From Alphaproteobacteria bacterium (GTDB taxonomy: Bacteria; Pseudomonadota; Alphaproteobacteria; MPNO01): a DNA stretch of 64,000 nucleotides. Both the position numbers and the translations under genes were made by a program. This document shows, piece by piece, positions 1 through 8,319 of the stretch. Within the stretch, counting starts at the first letter, position 1. Each line of letters begins with the position of its first letter. Under the pieces are notes generated by a model. That model saw only the letters and a program-made list of their open reading frames with translations, was not told the DNA's origin and did no database searches. The stretch is from the NCBI GenBank assembly GCA_965248835.1, contig CBDFLJ010000001.1:448001-512000 (forward strand). Direction: 5' to 3'.

Positions 1-139
1 TCTCGCGCGAGAGCACCAGGCTGAAGTTGTCAGGGCTCATCGGCTCGCCGTCGAGCAGATACTTGAAGGCGATCTGGCCGACGCGGTGGGGCAGCGGGTT
101 CTCGTCATAGCTCAGGTCGTCGACGTGGCTGATTTGCAT
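1..139 (-). CDS. N-terminal part of a hypothetical protein (possibly cupin-like), runs off the window edge
   Basis: ATG at 139 with upstream GAGGAG; open frame MQISHVDDLSYDENPLPHRVGQIAFKYLLDGEPMSPDNFSLVLSRE; divergent from the GMC gene. Confidence 0.6.
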   Translation of the reverse strand, partial: MQISHVDDLSYDENPLPHRVGQIAFKYLLDGEPMSPDNFSLVLSRE

Positions 140-216
140 CCCGGTCGCTCCTCGCGGCATCTTCGGCCCGCATGATAGTAGGGCCGCCGTCGGATAGGTA
201 GTGGGATGGGCATGGA

Positions 217-1851
217 ATGAAGGACGGGAAGACATACGACTACATCATCGTGGGTGCGGGCTCGGCCGGGTGCGTGCTGGCGGGGCGGCTGGGCGAGGAC
301 CCCGATCTCCGCATCCTGCTGCTGGAAGCAGGCCCGCGCGACACCGACCCCTTGATCCACATCCCGATCGGCATCGGCCGGTTGCACGCCGAGCGCCGGC
401 ACGACTGGGGCTTCGACACCGAGCCCGAGGAAGCGCTGGGCGGGCGGGTGATCGAGGCCATGCGCGGCAAGGTGCTTGGCGGTTCCTCGTCGATCAACGT
501 GATGGCCTATGTCCGGGGCAACCGGGGCGATTACGACCGCTGGGCCCAGAAGGGCTGCATCGGCTGGTCCTACGCCGACATCCTGCCCTATTTCCGCCGG
601 TCCGAGACCTGGGAGAAGGGGGCGGACGCCTACCGCGGCGGCGCGGGACCGCTAGGGGTGGTGCCCTCGCGCACTCGGGACCCGCTGTTCTCCGACTGGA
701 TCGAGGCCGGAAAATCCGCCGGCTTCGGGTTCACCGAGGACTATAACGGCGCCAAGCAGGAGGGGATGGGCCGCAGCCAGTGGACGATCCGCAACGGCCG
801 GCGGTGCAGCGCCGCGGTGGCCTTCCTGCGCCCCGCGCTGCGGCGCGGCAACCTCACCGTCGAGACCGGAGCGCTGGTCCACCGGGTGATCATGGACGGC
901 ACCCGGGCCGGCGGCGTGATCTATTCCCACAACGGAAGCGAGGTCCGCGCCCACGCCGATCGCGAGGTGATCCTGGCCGGCGGTGCGTTCAACTCACCCC
1001 AACTCCTGATGCTCTCGGGCATCGGCCCGGCCGATCATCTGCGCGAGCACGGAATCGCGGTCACGCTCGACCTGCCGGGAGTCGGCGCCAACCTCCAGGA
1101 CCACCTTGCGGTGATGGTCTCGGTCGAGCGCACCGCGCCGGGCCATTTCCACGCCAGCATGCGCTACGACAAGCTGGCGGTGAACCTGCCGCGCGCCTAT
1201 GTCGCTGGGACCGGCCCGGCGACCTGGCTTCCCAACGGGCTGCACGGATTCGTCAAGACGCGGCCAGAACTTGCCGTGCCCGACATCCAGTTCATCACCC
1301 GCGGCACCGCAGCCGATGCCCACCCCTGGTTCCCCGGGATCAGGCCGCCCTATGCCGACAGCTTCGGGATGCGGCCGGTGCTGCTCCACCCCGACAGCCG
1401 CGGGACGATCCGTCTGGGCTCGGCCGATCCGCGTGCGCCGATGCGGATCGGCCAGAACTTCTTTTCCGTCAAGGAGGATTTGGAGACCCTGCGCGGCGGC
1501 TTCAAAGCGGTCCGCGAAGTGCTCTCCCGGTCGCCTCTCGCCCACCACACCAAGGCCGAGATCCAGCCGGGTCCCGGCGTCAGGACCGACGACGAGATCG
1601 ATGACTGGATCCGCCGGACTGCGATCACGGCACACCACCCGGCGGGATCCTGCCGAATGGGCATCGATGAAGGCGCGGTGCTTGATACCGAACTCCGCGT
1701 GCGCGGCGCCGAATCCCTGCGCGTGGTCGATGCTTCGGCCATGCCCGACCTTGTTTCGGGCAACATCAATGCCTGCGTCCTGATGATGGCCGAGAAGGCC
1801 GCCGACATGATCGCCGGGCGGGTGCCGCCGACGCGGGCAATCGAGGCCTGA
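217..1851 (+). CDS. GMC-family oxidoreductase (choline dehydrogenase-like)
   Basis: YDYIIVGAGSAGCVLA FAD motif, RGKVLGGSSSIN, GANLQDH, HHPAGSCRMG, LRVVDASAMP. Confidence 0.95.
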   Translation: MKDGKTYDYIIVGAGSAGCVLAGRLGEDPDLRILLLEAGPRDTDPLIHIPIGIGRLHAERRHDWGFDTEPEEALGGRVIEAMRGKVLGGSSSINVMAYVRGNRGDYDRWAQKGCIGWSYADILPYFRRSETWEKGADAYRGGAGPLGVVPSRTRDPLFSDWIEAGKSAGFGFTEDYNGAKQEGMGRSQWTIRNGRRCSAAVAFLRPALRRGNLTVETGALVHRVIMDGTRAGGVIYSHNGSEVRAHADREVILAGGAFNSPQLLMLSGIGPADHLREHGIAVTLDLPGVGANLQDHLAVMVSVERTAPGHFHASMRYDKLAVNLPRAYVAGTGPATWLPNGLHGFVKTRPELAVPDIQFITRGTAADAHPWFPGIRPPYADSFGMRPVLLHPDSRGTIRLGSADPRAPMRIGQNFFSVKEDLETLRGGFKAVREVLSRSPLAHHTKAEIQPGPGVRTDDEIDDWIRRTAITAHHPAGSCRMGIDEGAVLDTELRVRGAESLRVVDASAMPDLVSGNINACVLMMAEKAADMIAGRVPPTRAIEA

Positions 1852-3462
1852 ATGACCGCGCAGACCGAGGTGATGATTGCCGGCGGCGGACCGGTCGGGC
1901 TCACGCTCGGCCTGGCGCTGGCCCATTACGGCATCGACTGCCAAATCGCCGAGCGCAACCCGAGCCCCACCCATGTCCCGAAGATGGACGTAACCAACTG
2001 TCGCTCGATGGAGCTGTTCCGCATGTTGGGGGTGGCCGAGCGCCTGCGCACGGCGGGCGTGCCCGAACGGAACAATATGGACGTGGCATGGATCACATCG
2101 ATGTCGGGCCACGAGCTCCACCGCTTCTGCTACCCATGTGTCCCCGAGGCGCGGCGGCGGATCCGGGCGTGCAACGACGGCACCCAGCCGCTCGAGCCCA
2201 ACATGCGGATTTCCCAGGTCGTGCTCGAGCCGGTGTTGCGCGACATCCTGCGCGAGCGCCGCGGCGTCCGGCTCGATTACGGCCATACGGTCGAGGATTT
2301 CGTCGAGGAGGAGGATGGCGTAAGGACCACCGTGCGAGCCGATGACGGCACGGTGCGCGAGGTCCGCTCACGCTATCTGGTCGGCTGCGACGGCGGCGGC
2401 AGCCTGGTGCGCCGGAGGCTCGGGATCGGGCTCGAAGGCGAGGCCGCGGCGCGAACCCGCTACATGGTGCATTTCCGCTCCCACGACAGGGCCGTTCTGC
2501 AGCGCTGGGGTGTGGCCTGGCACTATCAGTCGCCGCGCTACGGCACGGTGATCTGCCAGGACGACCATGAGATCTGGACATTGCAGGCCATCGTCCCGGA
2601 CGGCGTCGCGCCCGAGGACGCCGACCCGCGCACGCTTCTGGCCCGCTTCCTGGGCACCGAGATCGATTGCGAGATCCTGCAAGCCAACGACTGGCTCGGC
2701 CACCTGCTGGTGGCCAAAGCCTATGGCGCCGGCCGGGTGTTCGTGGCCGGCGATGCGGCGCACCAGTACATTCCGACCGGCGGGTACGGCATGAACACCG
2801 GCGTGGGCGATGCGATCGACCTGGCCTGGAAGTTCGCCGCGGTTATCCGCGGCTGGGGCGGCGCGCGGCTGCTGGAGAGCTACGAGGCAGAACGCCGGCC
2901 GGTCGGGTTGCGAAACAGCGCCGCATCGGCCGAACATACCCGGACCCGGCAGAGCATCGGCGCCTTGTGGAGCGCGGCGCTCGAAGACCCCGGACCCGAC
3001 GGCGACCGCGTTCGCGCCGACGCCGCGACCGAGATCGCCGCGATCGGCAACGCCGAGAACGAGAGCCTGGGCATCGAGATCGGCTATCGCTACGACGGAT
3101 CACCGGTGATCGCACCGGAGCCCGGCACGCCGCCGCCGCTCGATCCGCTGGTCCATCACGGCGGAACCTGGCCCGGCGCCCGCGCGCCCAGCGTCTTCCT
3201 TGCCGACGGGCGCGCAATCTTCGACCTGTTCGGACAGGGGTTCACGCTGGTCGCCTTCACCGAGGCGGGCGCGACCGGCCTTGCCGATGCGGCACGGCGG
3301 GTCGGCCTGCCGCTCAACCACCTCCGGCTCAGTGATCCAGCCGCACGCTCGGCCTGGGAGCGCGACCTCGTGCTGGTCCGCCCCGACCAGCACGTCGCCT
3401 GGCGCGGCGATGCACCGCCCGCGGACCCGGCGGCAATCGTCGATCTCGTACGCGGGGCATGA
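1852..3462 (+). CDS. FAD-dependent monooxygenase (PheA/TfdB/TcmG-type aromatic hydroxylase)
   Basis: GGGPVG, LVGCDGGGS, AGDAAH...GGYGMNTG, C-terminal LVRPDQHVAWR domain. Confidence 0.92.
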   Translation: MTAQTEVMIAGGGPVGLTLGLALAHYGIDCQIAERNPSPTHVPKMDVTNCRSMELFRMLGVAERLRTAGVPERNNMDVAWITSMSGHELHRFCYPCVPEARRRIRACNDGTQPLEPNMRISQVVLEPVLRDILRERRGVRLDYGHTVEDFVEEEDGVRTTVRADDGTVREVRSRYLVGCDGGGSLVRRRLGIGLEGEAAARTRYMVHFRSHDRAVLQRWGVAWHYQSPRYGTVICQDDHEIWTLQAIVPDGVAPEDADPRTLLARFLGTEIDCEILQANDWLGHLLVAKAYGAGRVFVAGDAAHQYIPTGGYGMNTGVGDAIDLAWKFAAVIRGWGGARLLESYEAERRPVGLRNSAASAEHTRTRQSIGALWSAALEDPGPDGDRVRADAATEIAAIGNAENESLGIEIGYRYDGSPVIAPEPGTPPPLDPLVHHGGTWPGARAPSVFLADGRAIFDLFGQGFTLVAFTEAGATGLADAARRVGLPLNHLRLSDPAARSAWERDLVLVRPDQHVAWRGDAPPADPAAIVDLVRGA

Positions 3463-3504
3463 ACCGAACTAGGATAGGCCCGGCAGAACCGAACGGGGCG
3501 AGCG

Positions 3505-4383
3505 GTGGATACGATGGCGATCTATCTCGATTACGACGACGCGGACGCTCTCGAGCGGGCCTATGATGTCACCATCGGCGTCGCCGATGTCGAGGGCCTC
3601 CAGGAAGGATACCGGCAGGCCTCCGAGGCGGTCGTCGGCACCGGGCGCGGCCGGCTCGATCTCGCCTATGGCGCCGATCCGCTGCAGCGGCTCGATGTCT
3701 TCGCGCCGGACCGGGCGGACGCCGCGCCGATCATGGTCTATATCCACGGCGGCTACTGGAAGGGCGGCGAGAAGTCCGGCCGGCGGTTCCCGGCACCGTT
3801 GTTCAACGAGGCCGGCATCGCCTGGATCCCGATCAACTACCGACTGGCTCCGGCCGTCGCTATGGATTCCATCGTCGCTGATGCGCGCGCCGCGCTTGCC
3901 TGGATCCACGCCAACGCCCGCGCCCACGGCTGCGATCCCGGGAAGATCTGCATCTCGGGGAGCTCGGCCGGCGGGCATCTCGTCGGCATGTTGCTCGCGC
4001 CCGGCTGGCACCGCGACCACGGCGTGCCGACGGACATCGTCAAGGGGGCGTGCGCAATGAGCGGGATTTTCGATCTCGAGCCGCTGCGTCATATCCCGAT
4101 CGGCGCACACCTCGCGCTCGACCAGGCCGATGCGCGGCGCAACAGCCCGATCGGCCACATCCCCGAGACGCCGTGCCCGACGGTCATCGCCTGGGGCGTC
4201 AAGGAGACCGACGAGTTCTGCCGCCAATCGGAGGTCTACGCCGATGCCCTTCGCGCACGCGGCCACACGGTCGAGACCATCGCTGCCGAGGGCCACGATC
4301 ACTTCTCGCTGATGGGCGAGATGGGGCGCGGGGGGAGCCCGATCGCCGAAGCCATGCTGGCGCTGGCCCGCAGTCCTTCGTAG
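3505..4383 (+). CDS. Alpha/beta hydrolase, arylformamidase (kynurenine formamidase)-like
   Basis: YIHGGYW oxyanion motif, GSSAGGHL nucleophile elbow, C-terminal DHF. Confidence 0.88.
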   Translation: MDTMAIYLDYDDADALERAYDVTIGVADVEGLQEGYRQASEAVVGTGRGRLDLAYGADPLQRLDVFAPDRADAAPIMVYIHGGYWKGGEKSGRRFPAPLFNEAGIAWIPINYRLAPAVAMDSIVADARAALAWIHANARAHGCDPGKICISGSSAGGHLVGMLLAPGWHRDHGVPTDIVKGACAMSGIFDLEPLRHIPIGAHLALDQADARRNSPIGHIPETPCPTVIAWGVKETDEFCRQSEVYADALRARGHTVETIAAEGHDHFSLMGEMGRGGSPIAEAMLALARSPS

Positions 4384-4516
4384 GGCGTGTGCAGGGCCGA
4401 GAACGAATAGCTCGCCAGGCGGGCGAAGCGCGAGGAAAGCGCGAAGGTCTGAGCGCCTTGCCGCCGGACGGCCGCCCGGCGAGGATGGGCGGCCCGACGA
4501 CGACTGGACCCTGGCC

Positions 4517-6124
4517 ATGACCTATCCCGACCTGCGCGCCTATCTCGAGGAGCTCGACCGGCGCGCGCTGTTGCACGTTGTCGACGTGCCGGTCAACAAG
4601 GATACCGAGCTGGTCCCGCTGGTCCGGCTCCAGTTCCGCGGCCTGGCGGAGCCCGACCGCAAGGCGTTCTGGTTCCGCAACGTCACCGATGCGCGGGGCC
4701 GCAGCTTCGACGGCTCGGTCGTGCTTGGCGCGCTCGGCAGCTCGCGGACGATCTATGGCGCCGCCCTCGGGATCGCACCGAAAGAGATCGGACAGACCTG
4801 GGCCGCGGCCCACGGCAACCACCTCAGCCCGGTGCGGGTGCCGCGCGCGGCGGCCCCCGTGAAGGAGGTCACGGTTTCCGCGCCGAATCTCGGCCAGGGC
4901 GTCGACCGCTTCCCGCATCTGATCTCGACGCCGGGCTTCGATCCGGCGCCGTTCATCACCGCGGGCGTCTGGGTGACCCGCGACCCGGAGACCGGCACGG
5001 CCAATCTGGGTATCTATCGCGGGATGATCAAGGCGCCCGACCGGGTCGGCTGCGCGACCGACGTGTCGACCCAGCATCTTGCGATCCAGTGGGAGAAGGC
5101 CAGACGGCTGGGCCGGCACCTCGAGGTCGCGGTGTTCATCGGCGGCCCGCCGGCCTTGTTGCTGGCCGCGGCCTCCAAGGTGCCGTACGGCGTCGACGAG
5201 TACGGCCTCGCCGGCGCGCTCAACCGCGCCGCAATCGAGGTCACCGAAGCGGAGACCGTCGACCTCTTGGTCCCAGCCGCGGCCGAGATTGTCCTGGAGG
5301 GCCGCGTCCGCACCGATATTCTGGAGCCGGAGGCACCGTTCGGCGAGGCGAGCGGATATCTCGGCCCGCGCAAGATGGAGAAGGTCTTCGAGGTCGGCGC
5401 CATCACCCACCGCCGGGCGCCGATCTACCAGGGGATCATCAGCGAGTTCCCGCCGTCGGAGAGCACCGTGATCCGCAAGGCGGCCTTCGATGCGGTCTAT
5501 CTGCGCCATCTCAAGGAGGCCTGCAACATCCCATCGGTCAGCAAGGTCGCCTGCCACGAAATGGCGAGCTGCAACATGCTGTTCGTCATCCAGCTCGACC
5601 GGCCCGAGCTCGGCCAGCCATGGCAGGCCCTGCGGGCGGCGGCGGCCTTCGATGCCTCGCTCGGCAAGATGTTCATCGCCGTCGATGCCGATGTCGACCC
5701 CGACTCGATGGACGCGGTCCTGTGGGCGCTGTCCTACAGCATGCAGCCGCACCGCGACGCCGAGATCATTCGCGGCAAGGTGCCCCGGCTCGACCCGTCG
5801 ATCACGCCCTCGGACGATGCCCGCCAGTTTGCCTATCCGGATGGCTCGGGCGCATCCGCGATCCTGATCAACGCCTGCCGCGAACACCCCTATCTGCCGG
5901 TCTCGCTGCCGCGGCAGGATTTCATGGAAGCGGCCAAGGCGCGCTGGGAGGCGCTCGGGCTGCCAGCGCTGGACCTTGGCGCGCCGTGGTACGGTTATCC
6001 GCTGAGCGCGTGGACTGAGGAAAACGCCGACGAAGCCGAGCGCGCGGTCACCGGACGATATTTCGAGACGGGCGAAAAGCTTGCGGGCCGACGCCAAAGC
6101 ACCGACTCAACAGCGTCGGAATGA
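4517..6124 (+). CDS. UbiD-family prenylated-FMN decarboxylase
   Basis: YPDLRAYLEEL start, NLGIYRG, AEIVLEG, EAPFGEASGY, AVDADVDP. Confidence 0.92.
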   Translation: MTYPDLRAYLEELDRRALLHVVDVPVNKDTELVPLVRLQFRGLAEPDRKAFWFRNVTDARGRSFDGSVVLGALGSSRTIYGAALGIAPKEIGQTWAAAHGNHLSPVRVPRAAAPVKEVTVSAPNLGQGVDRFPHLISTPGFDPAPFITAGVWVTRDPETGTANLGIYRGMIKAPDRVGCATDVSTQHLAIQWEKARRLGRHLEVAVFIGGPPALLLAAASKVPYGVDEYGLAGALNRAAIEVTEAETVDLLVPAAAEIVLEGRVRTDILEPEAPFGEASGYLGPRKMEKVFEVGAITHRRAPIYQGIISEFPPSESTVIRKAAFDAVYLRHLKEACNIPSVSKVACHEMASCNMLFVIQLDRPELGQPWQALRAAAAFDASLGKMFIAVDADVDPDSMDAVLWALSYSMQPHRDAEIIRGKVPRLDPSITPSDDARQFAYPDGSGASAILINACREHPYLPVSLPRQDFMEAAKARWEALGLPALDLGAPWYGYPLSAWTEENADEAERAVTGRYFETGEKLAGRRQSTDSTASE

Positions 6125-6135
6125 AAGGCGCAAAA

Positions 6136-6209
6136 GAATCCACAGATTATCCACAGAAAAGAATGCAATGAGGTAAAATATTCAGAGAATATCCACATAA
6201 ATGTCCACA
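6136..6209 (+). promoter_or_regulatory. Cluster of four co-oriented DnaA-box-like 9-mers in an AT-rich patch
   Basis: GAATCCACA 6136-6144, perfect TTATCCACA 6147-6155, ATATCCACA 6189-6197, ATGTCCACA 6201-6209. Confidence 0.6.
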
Positions 6210-6269
6210 ATAAATTTTTCTCCGGCGCATTTTTTCTTGGCGGACTAGCGGAAATGTAAGAGTATTCAA

Positions 6270-6469
6270 TCGTGGAAACGCGGTCTTCGGATCGGGTGAC
6301 CATAGGCCCCGGAAGGGACGGGGTTCCTGGAAGCGGCGGTGAGCGGTCTTCGGAGCGCGCGCCAAAGGGACCGGAAGCCTCGGGTCGGAAAGGGTCTGGA
6401 GACGTCAGGAGCGTTCTTCGGAGCGCGTTGCGAGGGCCCCGCGTCCAAGCACCTGGCGTCTCTTTTATT
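6270..6469 (+). ncRNA. Candidate structured sRNA with three GCG(G/T)TCTTCGGA modules and an intrinsic terminator
   Basis: Modules at 6280-6291, 6343-6354, 6411-6422; closing stem GAGACGTCAGG (6399-6409) / CCTGGCGTCTC (6452-6462) followed by TTTTATT; no credible ORF; 5' end approximate. Confidence 0.55.
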
Positions 6470-6552
6470 GTGCCGGGCGCATGTCCCGGACAAGCCGGAG
6501 CGGTCCGCCGCCCCCGGCGACCCCGCCTCGAGATATCCCGCATCCACCACTG

Positions 6553-6584
6553 AAAAGGCCCGGCACCCCTGGCACCGAGCCTTT
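6553..6584 (-). terminator. Intrinsic terminator
   Basis: Minus strand AAAGGCTCGGTGCC-AGG-GGTGCCGGGCCTTTT. Confidence 0.7.
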
Positions 6585-6621
6585 CCGGTCAGTATCGGAC
6601 CCGCGTCCATCGCACTTGGCG
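6553..6621 (-). ncRNA. Candidate ~70-nt sRNA, partly complementary to the neighbouring plus-strand RNA
   Basis: Sigma70-like promoter immediately upstream; terminator hairpin at 6553-6584 with G-U pairs that form only on the minus strand. Confidence 0.55.
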
Positions 6622-6626
6622 GGCTC

Positions 6627-6655
6627 TGCATACCAGACACGCCGAATCGGGTCAA
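6627..6655 (-). promoter_or_regulatory. Sigma70-type promoter
   Basis: Minus strand TTGACC-17 nt-TATGCA. Confidence 0.6.
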
Positions 6656-6700
6656 CCATATGTTGGGGTACATCAAACAATAACCTGCCAAATGTTGTAA
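6653..6700. promoter_or_regulatory. Tandem NrdR-like boxes
   Basis: Minus strand CCCCAACATATGGTTG (6653-6668) and TTACAACATTTGGCAG (6685-6700), 32 bp apart; resemble the consensus acaCwAtATaTwGtg and its usual 31-32 bp tandem spacing. Confidence 0.65.
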
Positions 6701-6921
6701 GGCTCAGGGACCTCCCAAAGCGGCCTTGCTCGATCAGGCGGCGGGCACCGCGCGCGGTCGGATCGTTGCCGGGCGCACCCGGTCGGGCCTTCGCCCACGT
6801 TCTCTCCGCTGGGGGCGATCACCGCGCCATTGGACGGGCCGGTCCGTTACCGCCAAAATGGCGCATGCTCCGGCGGTACGGCAATCGCCTGCCGCCGGGA
6901 GCTCAATTGCCGGAGGGGCCG

Positions 6922-7392
6922 ATGGCCGAAAAACTGGGTATCGGGGATTCGTTCCCAAAGCTCCAGCTCTCCCTGGTCGGCGGTGGAACGCTCGACCTGC
7001 CGGATGGGCTGGACTCGCGCTACAAGGTGATCCTGTTCTACAGGGGCCACTGGTGACCCTTTTGCCGCCGGCAGTTGGCCGGCTTCGCAGAACACAAAGC
7101 CGCACTTGAGAAACTGGGGATCAAGGTGGTCGCGGCCAGCATCGATGCGCCCGACAAGGCCAAGGAGTTCGCCGAGGAGGTGCCCTTCCCCGTCGGCCAC
7201 AGCGTAAGCCGGCAGACGGCCGATGCGCTGGGCTCGTTCTGGGAAGACCGGCGCGGGCTGATCCAGCCGTCGGAGTTCATCCTGGACAGCGAGAACAAGG
7301 TCGTCGCCTCCTCCTACAGCGACGGCCCACTCGGGCGAATCGAAGGAGCCGATGTCGTCAAGCTGGTGAACTTCTACGACTCTCGAAAGTAG
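6922..7392 (+). CDS. AhpC/TSA (peroxiredoxin-like redoxin) selenoprotein with in-frame UGA at 7054-7056
   Basis: GGAGG RBS; the two track ORFs (ending 7056, starting 7075) share a frame and join as ...VILFYRGHW-U-PFCRRQL..., where the family has WCPxC; hairpin directly 3' of the UGA. Confidence 0.88.
7057..7092 (+). promoter_or_regulatory. Bacterial SECIS-like hairpin
   Basis: GCCGGC (7067-7072) loop AGTTG GCCGGC (7078-7083); lower stem TTTTGC/GCAGAA; loop starts 16 nt after the UGA with G in second position. Confidence 0.7.
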
Positions 7393-7413
7393 TCAAGGCG
7401 GGACGGCTGGCCG

Positions 7414-7443
7414 GCAGCCGGTCGGGGCAGACCGGCCGGCTGC
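7414..7443. terminator. Hairpin between convergent genes
   Basis: GCAGCCGGTCGG-GGCAGA-CCGGCCGGCTGC inverted repeat, no U-tract. Confidence 0.4.
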
Positions 7444-7464
7444 ATGGCCTTCGTCCGATCCGCC

Positions 7465-8319
7465 TCACCCCGCAGCGCCCCTGATCTCCTCCAGGATCGG
7501 CAGCAGGTGGGTCCTGAACAGCTCCGGGTTCTCGGACATCGGGAAATGGCCGAGCCCGGGCATGATCTGCAACCGGGCGCCGGGGATGGCGCTGGCCGTG
7601 CGCACCGAGTCCTCGGGCGTGCACGAATAGTCGTATTCCCCGGTCAGCAGGTAGAGCGGGCAGCGCGCGGTATCGATCCGGCCGGTCCGGTCGCGGTAGT
7701 CGGAATCCTCGCGGTAGAAATGCAGGTCGCCCTTGAACACGCCGGGGCCGGACTGGAGATAGGCCCATAGGGTCTCCCAGCGATACCGGTCCGGGGCTTG
7801 CGGCGCGATGAGACCGGAGATCATCGCCGCACAGATCTCGCCGCCATGGACATCGGGCCGGTTGAGCCACGCGGTGTCGTACCATGGCGTCTGGTGGTCG
7901 GCGCATTCGATGCCGATCAGGGCGCGAAACCGGTCCGGGTGGTTGGCGGCGATGTTGAGCACGACCCGCCCGCCGATCGAGCAGCCCATCAGCACCGGCC
8001 TGTCGAGCTCCAGCGCGTCGGCGACCGCGAGGATCGCCTCGGTATAGAATTCCGTCGTCAGGCGGTAGTCCTCGACCTCGTAGCCCGGCGGCGGAAACGA
8101 CTTGCCGTGCCAGGGCATGTCGAAGGCGATGACCCGGAAACACTCGCTCACCTGCGGGTCGACCATCAGATGGCGGTACTGCCGGGAATCCGCGCCGGCG
8201 GTGTGAAGGCACAACAGCGGAATTCCGCTGCCCGCCTCTTCGAAGAACATCCGACAGGAACGGCCGCCCAACTCCAGGCTCGCGTAGCGACCGAGGATCG
8301 GCTCGAACTCAACGGCCAT
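7465..8319 (-). CDS. Alpha/beta fold hydrolase
   Basis: LHTAGADS, FDMPWHGKS, GCSIGG, GHFPMSENP; AGGAG RBS before MAVEFEP. Confidence 0.85.
   Translation of the reverse strand: MAVEFEPILGRYASLELGGRSCRMFFEEAGSGIPLLCLHTAGADSRQYRHLMVDPQVSECFRVIAFDMPWHGKSFPPPGYEVEDYRLTTEFYTEAILAVADALELDRPVLMGCSIGGRVVLNIAANHPDRFRALIGIECADHQTPWYDTAWLNRPDVHGGEICAAMISGLIAPQAPDRYRWETLWAYLQSGPGVFKGDLHFYREDSDYRDRTGRIDTARCPLYLLTGEYDYSCTPEDSVRTASAIPGARLQIMPGLGHFPMSENPELFRTHLLPILEEIRGAAG

Noticed and set aside
6125-6260. Chromosomal origin (oriC)
   Set aside because: Only one perfect DnaA box, a short AT-rich patch and none of the usual neighbours (hemE, dnaA, parAB, mnmG); kept only as a regulatory box cluster.
6280-6422. 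CRISPR array
   Set aside because: Repeats are only ~12 bp, three copies with uneven spacing, and there are no cas genes.
6272-6691. Track ORFs 6272-6553 (+), 6339-6683 (+), 6266-6691 (-) and 5995-6543 (-) as proteins, including a type I toxin
   Set aside because: Low-complexity Arg/Gly/Pro/Ser translations, no hydrophobic toxin-like peptide, and they cross predicted terminators.
6553-6730. 6S RNA, tmRNA or a known riboswitch
   Set aside because: No long 6S-like rod, no tmRNA termini, no aptamer consensus that I recognise, and no downstream gene to regulate.
7054-7056. Nonsense mutation making the redoxin a pseudogene
   Set aside because: The TGA falls exactly at the catalytic Cys column and is followed by a SECIS-like hairpin; selenocysteine is the simpler explanation.
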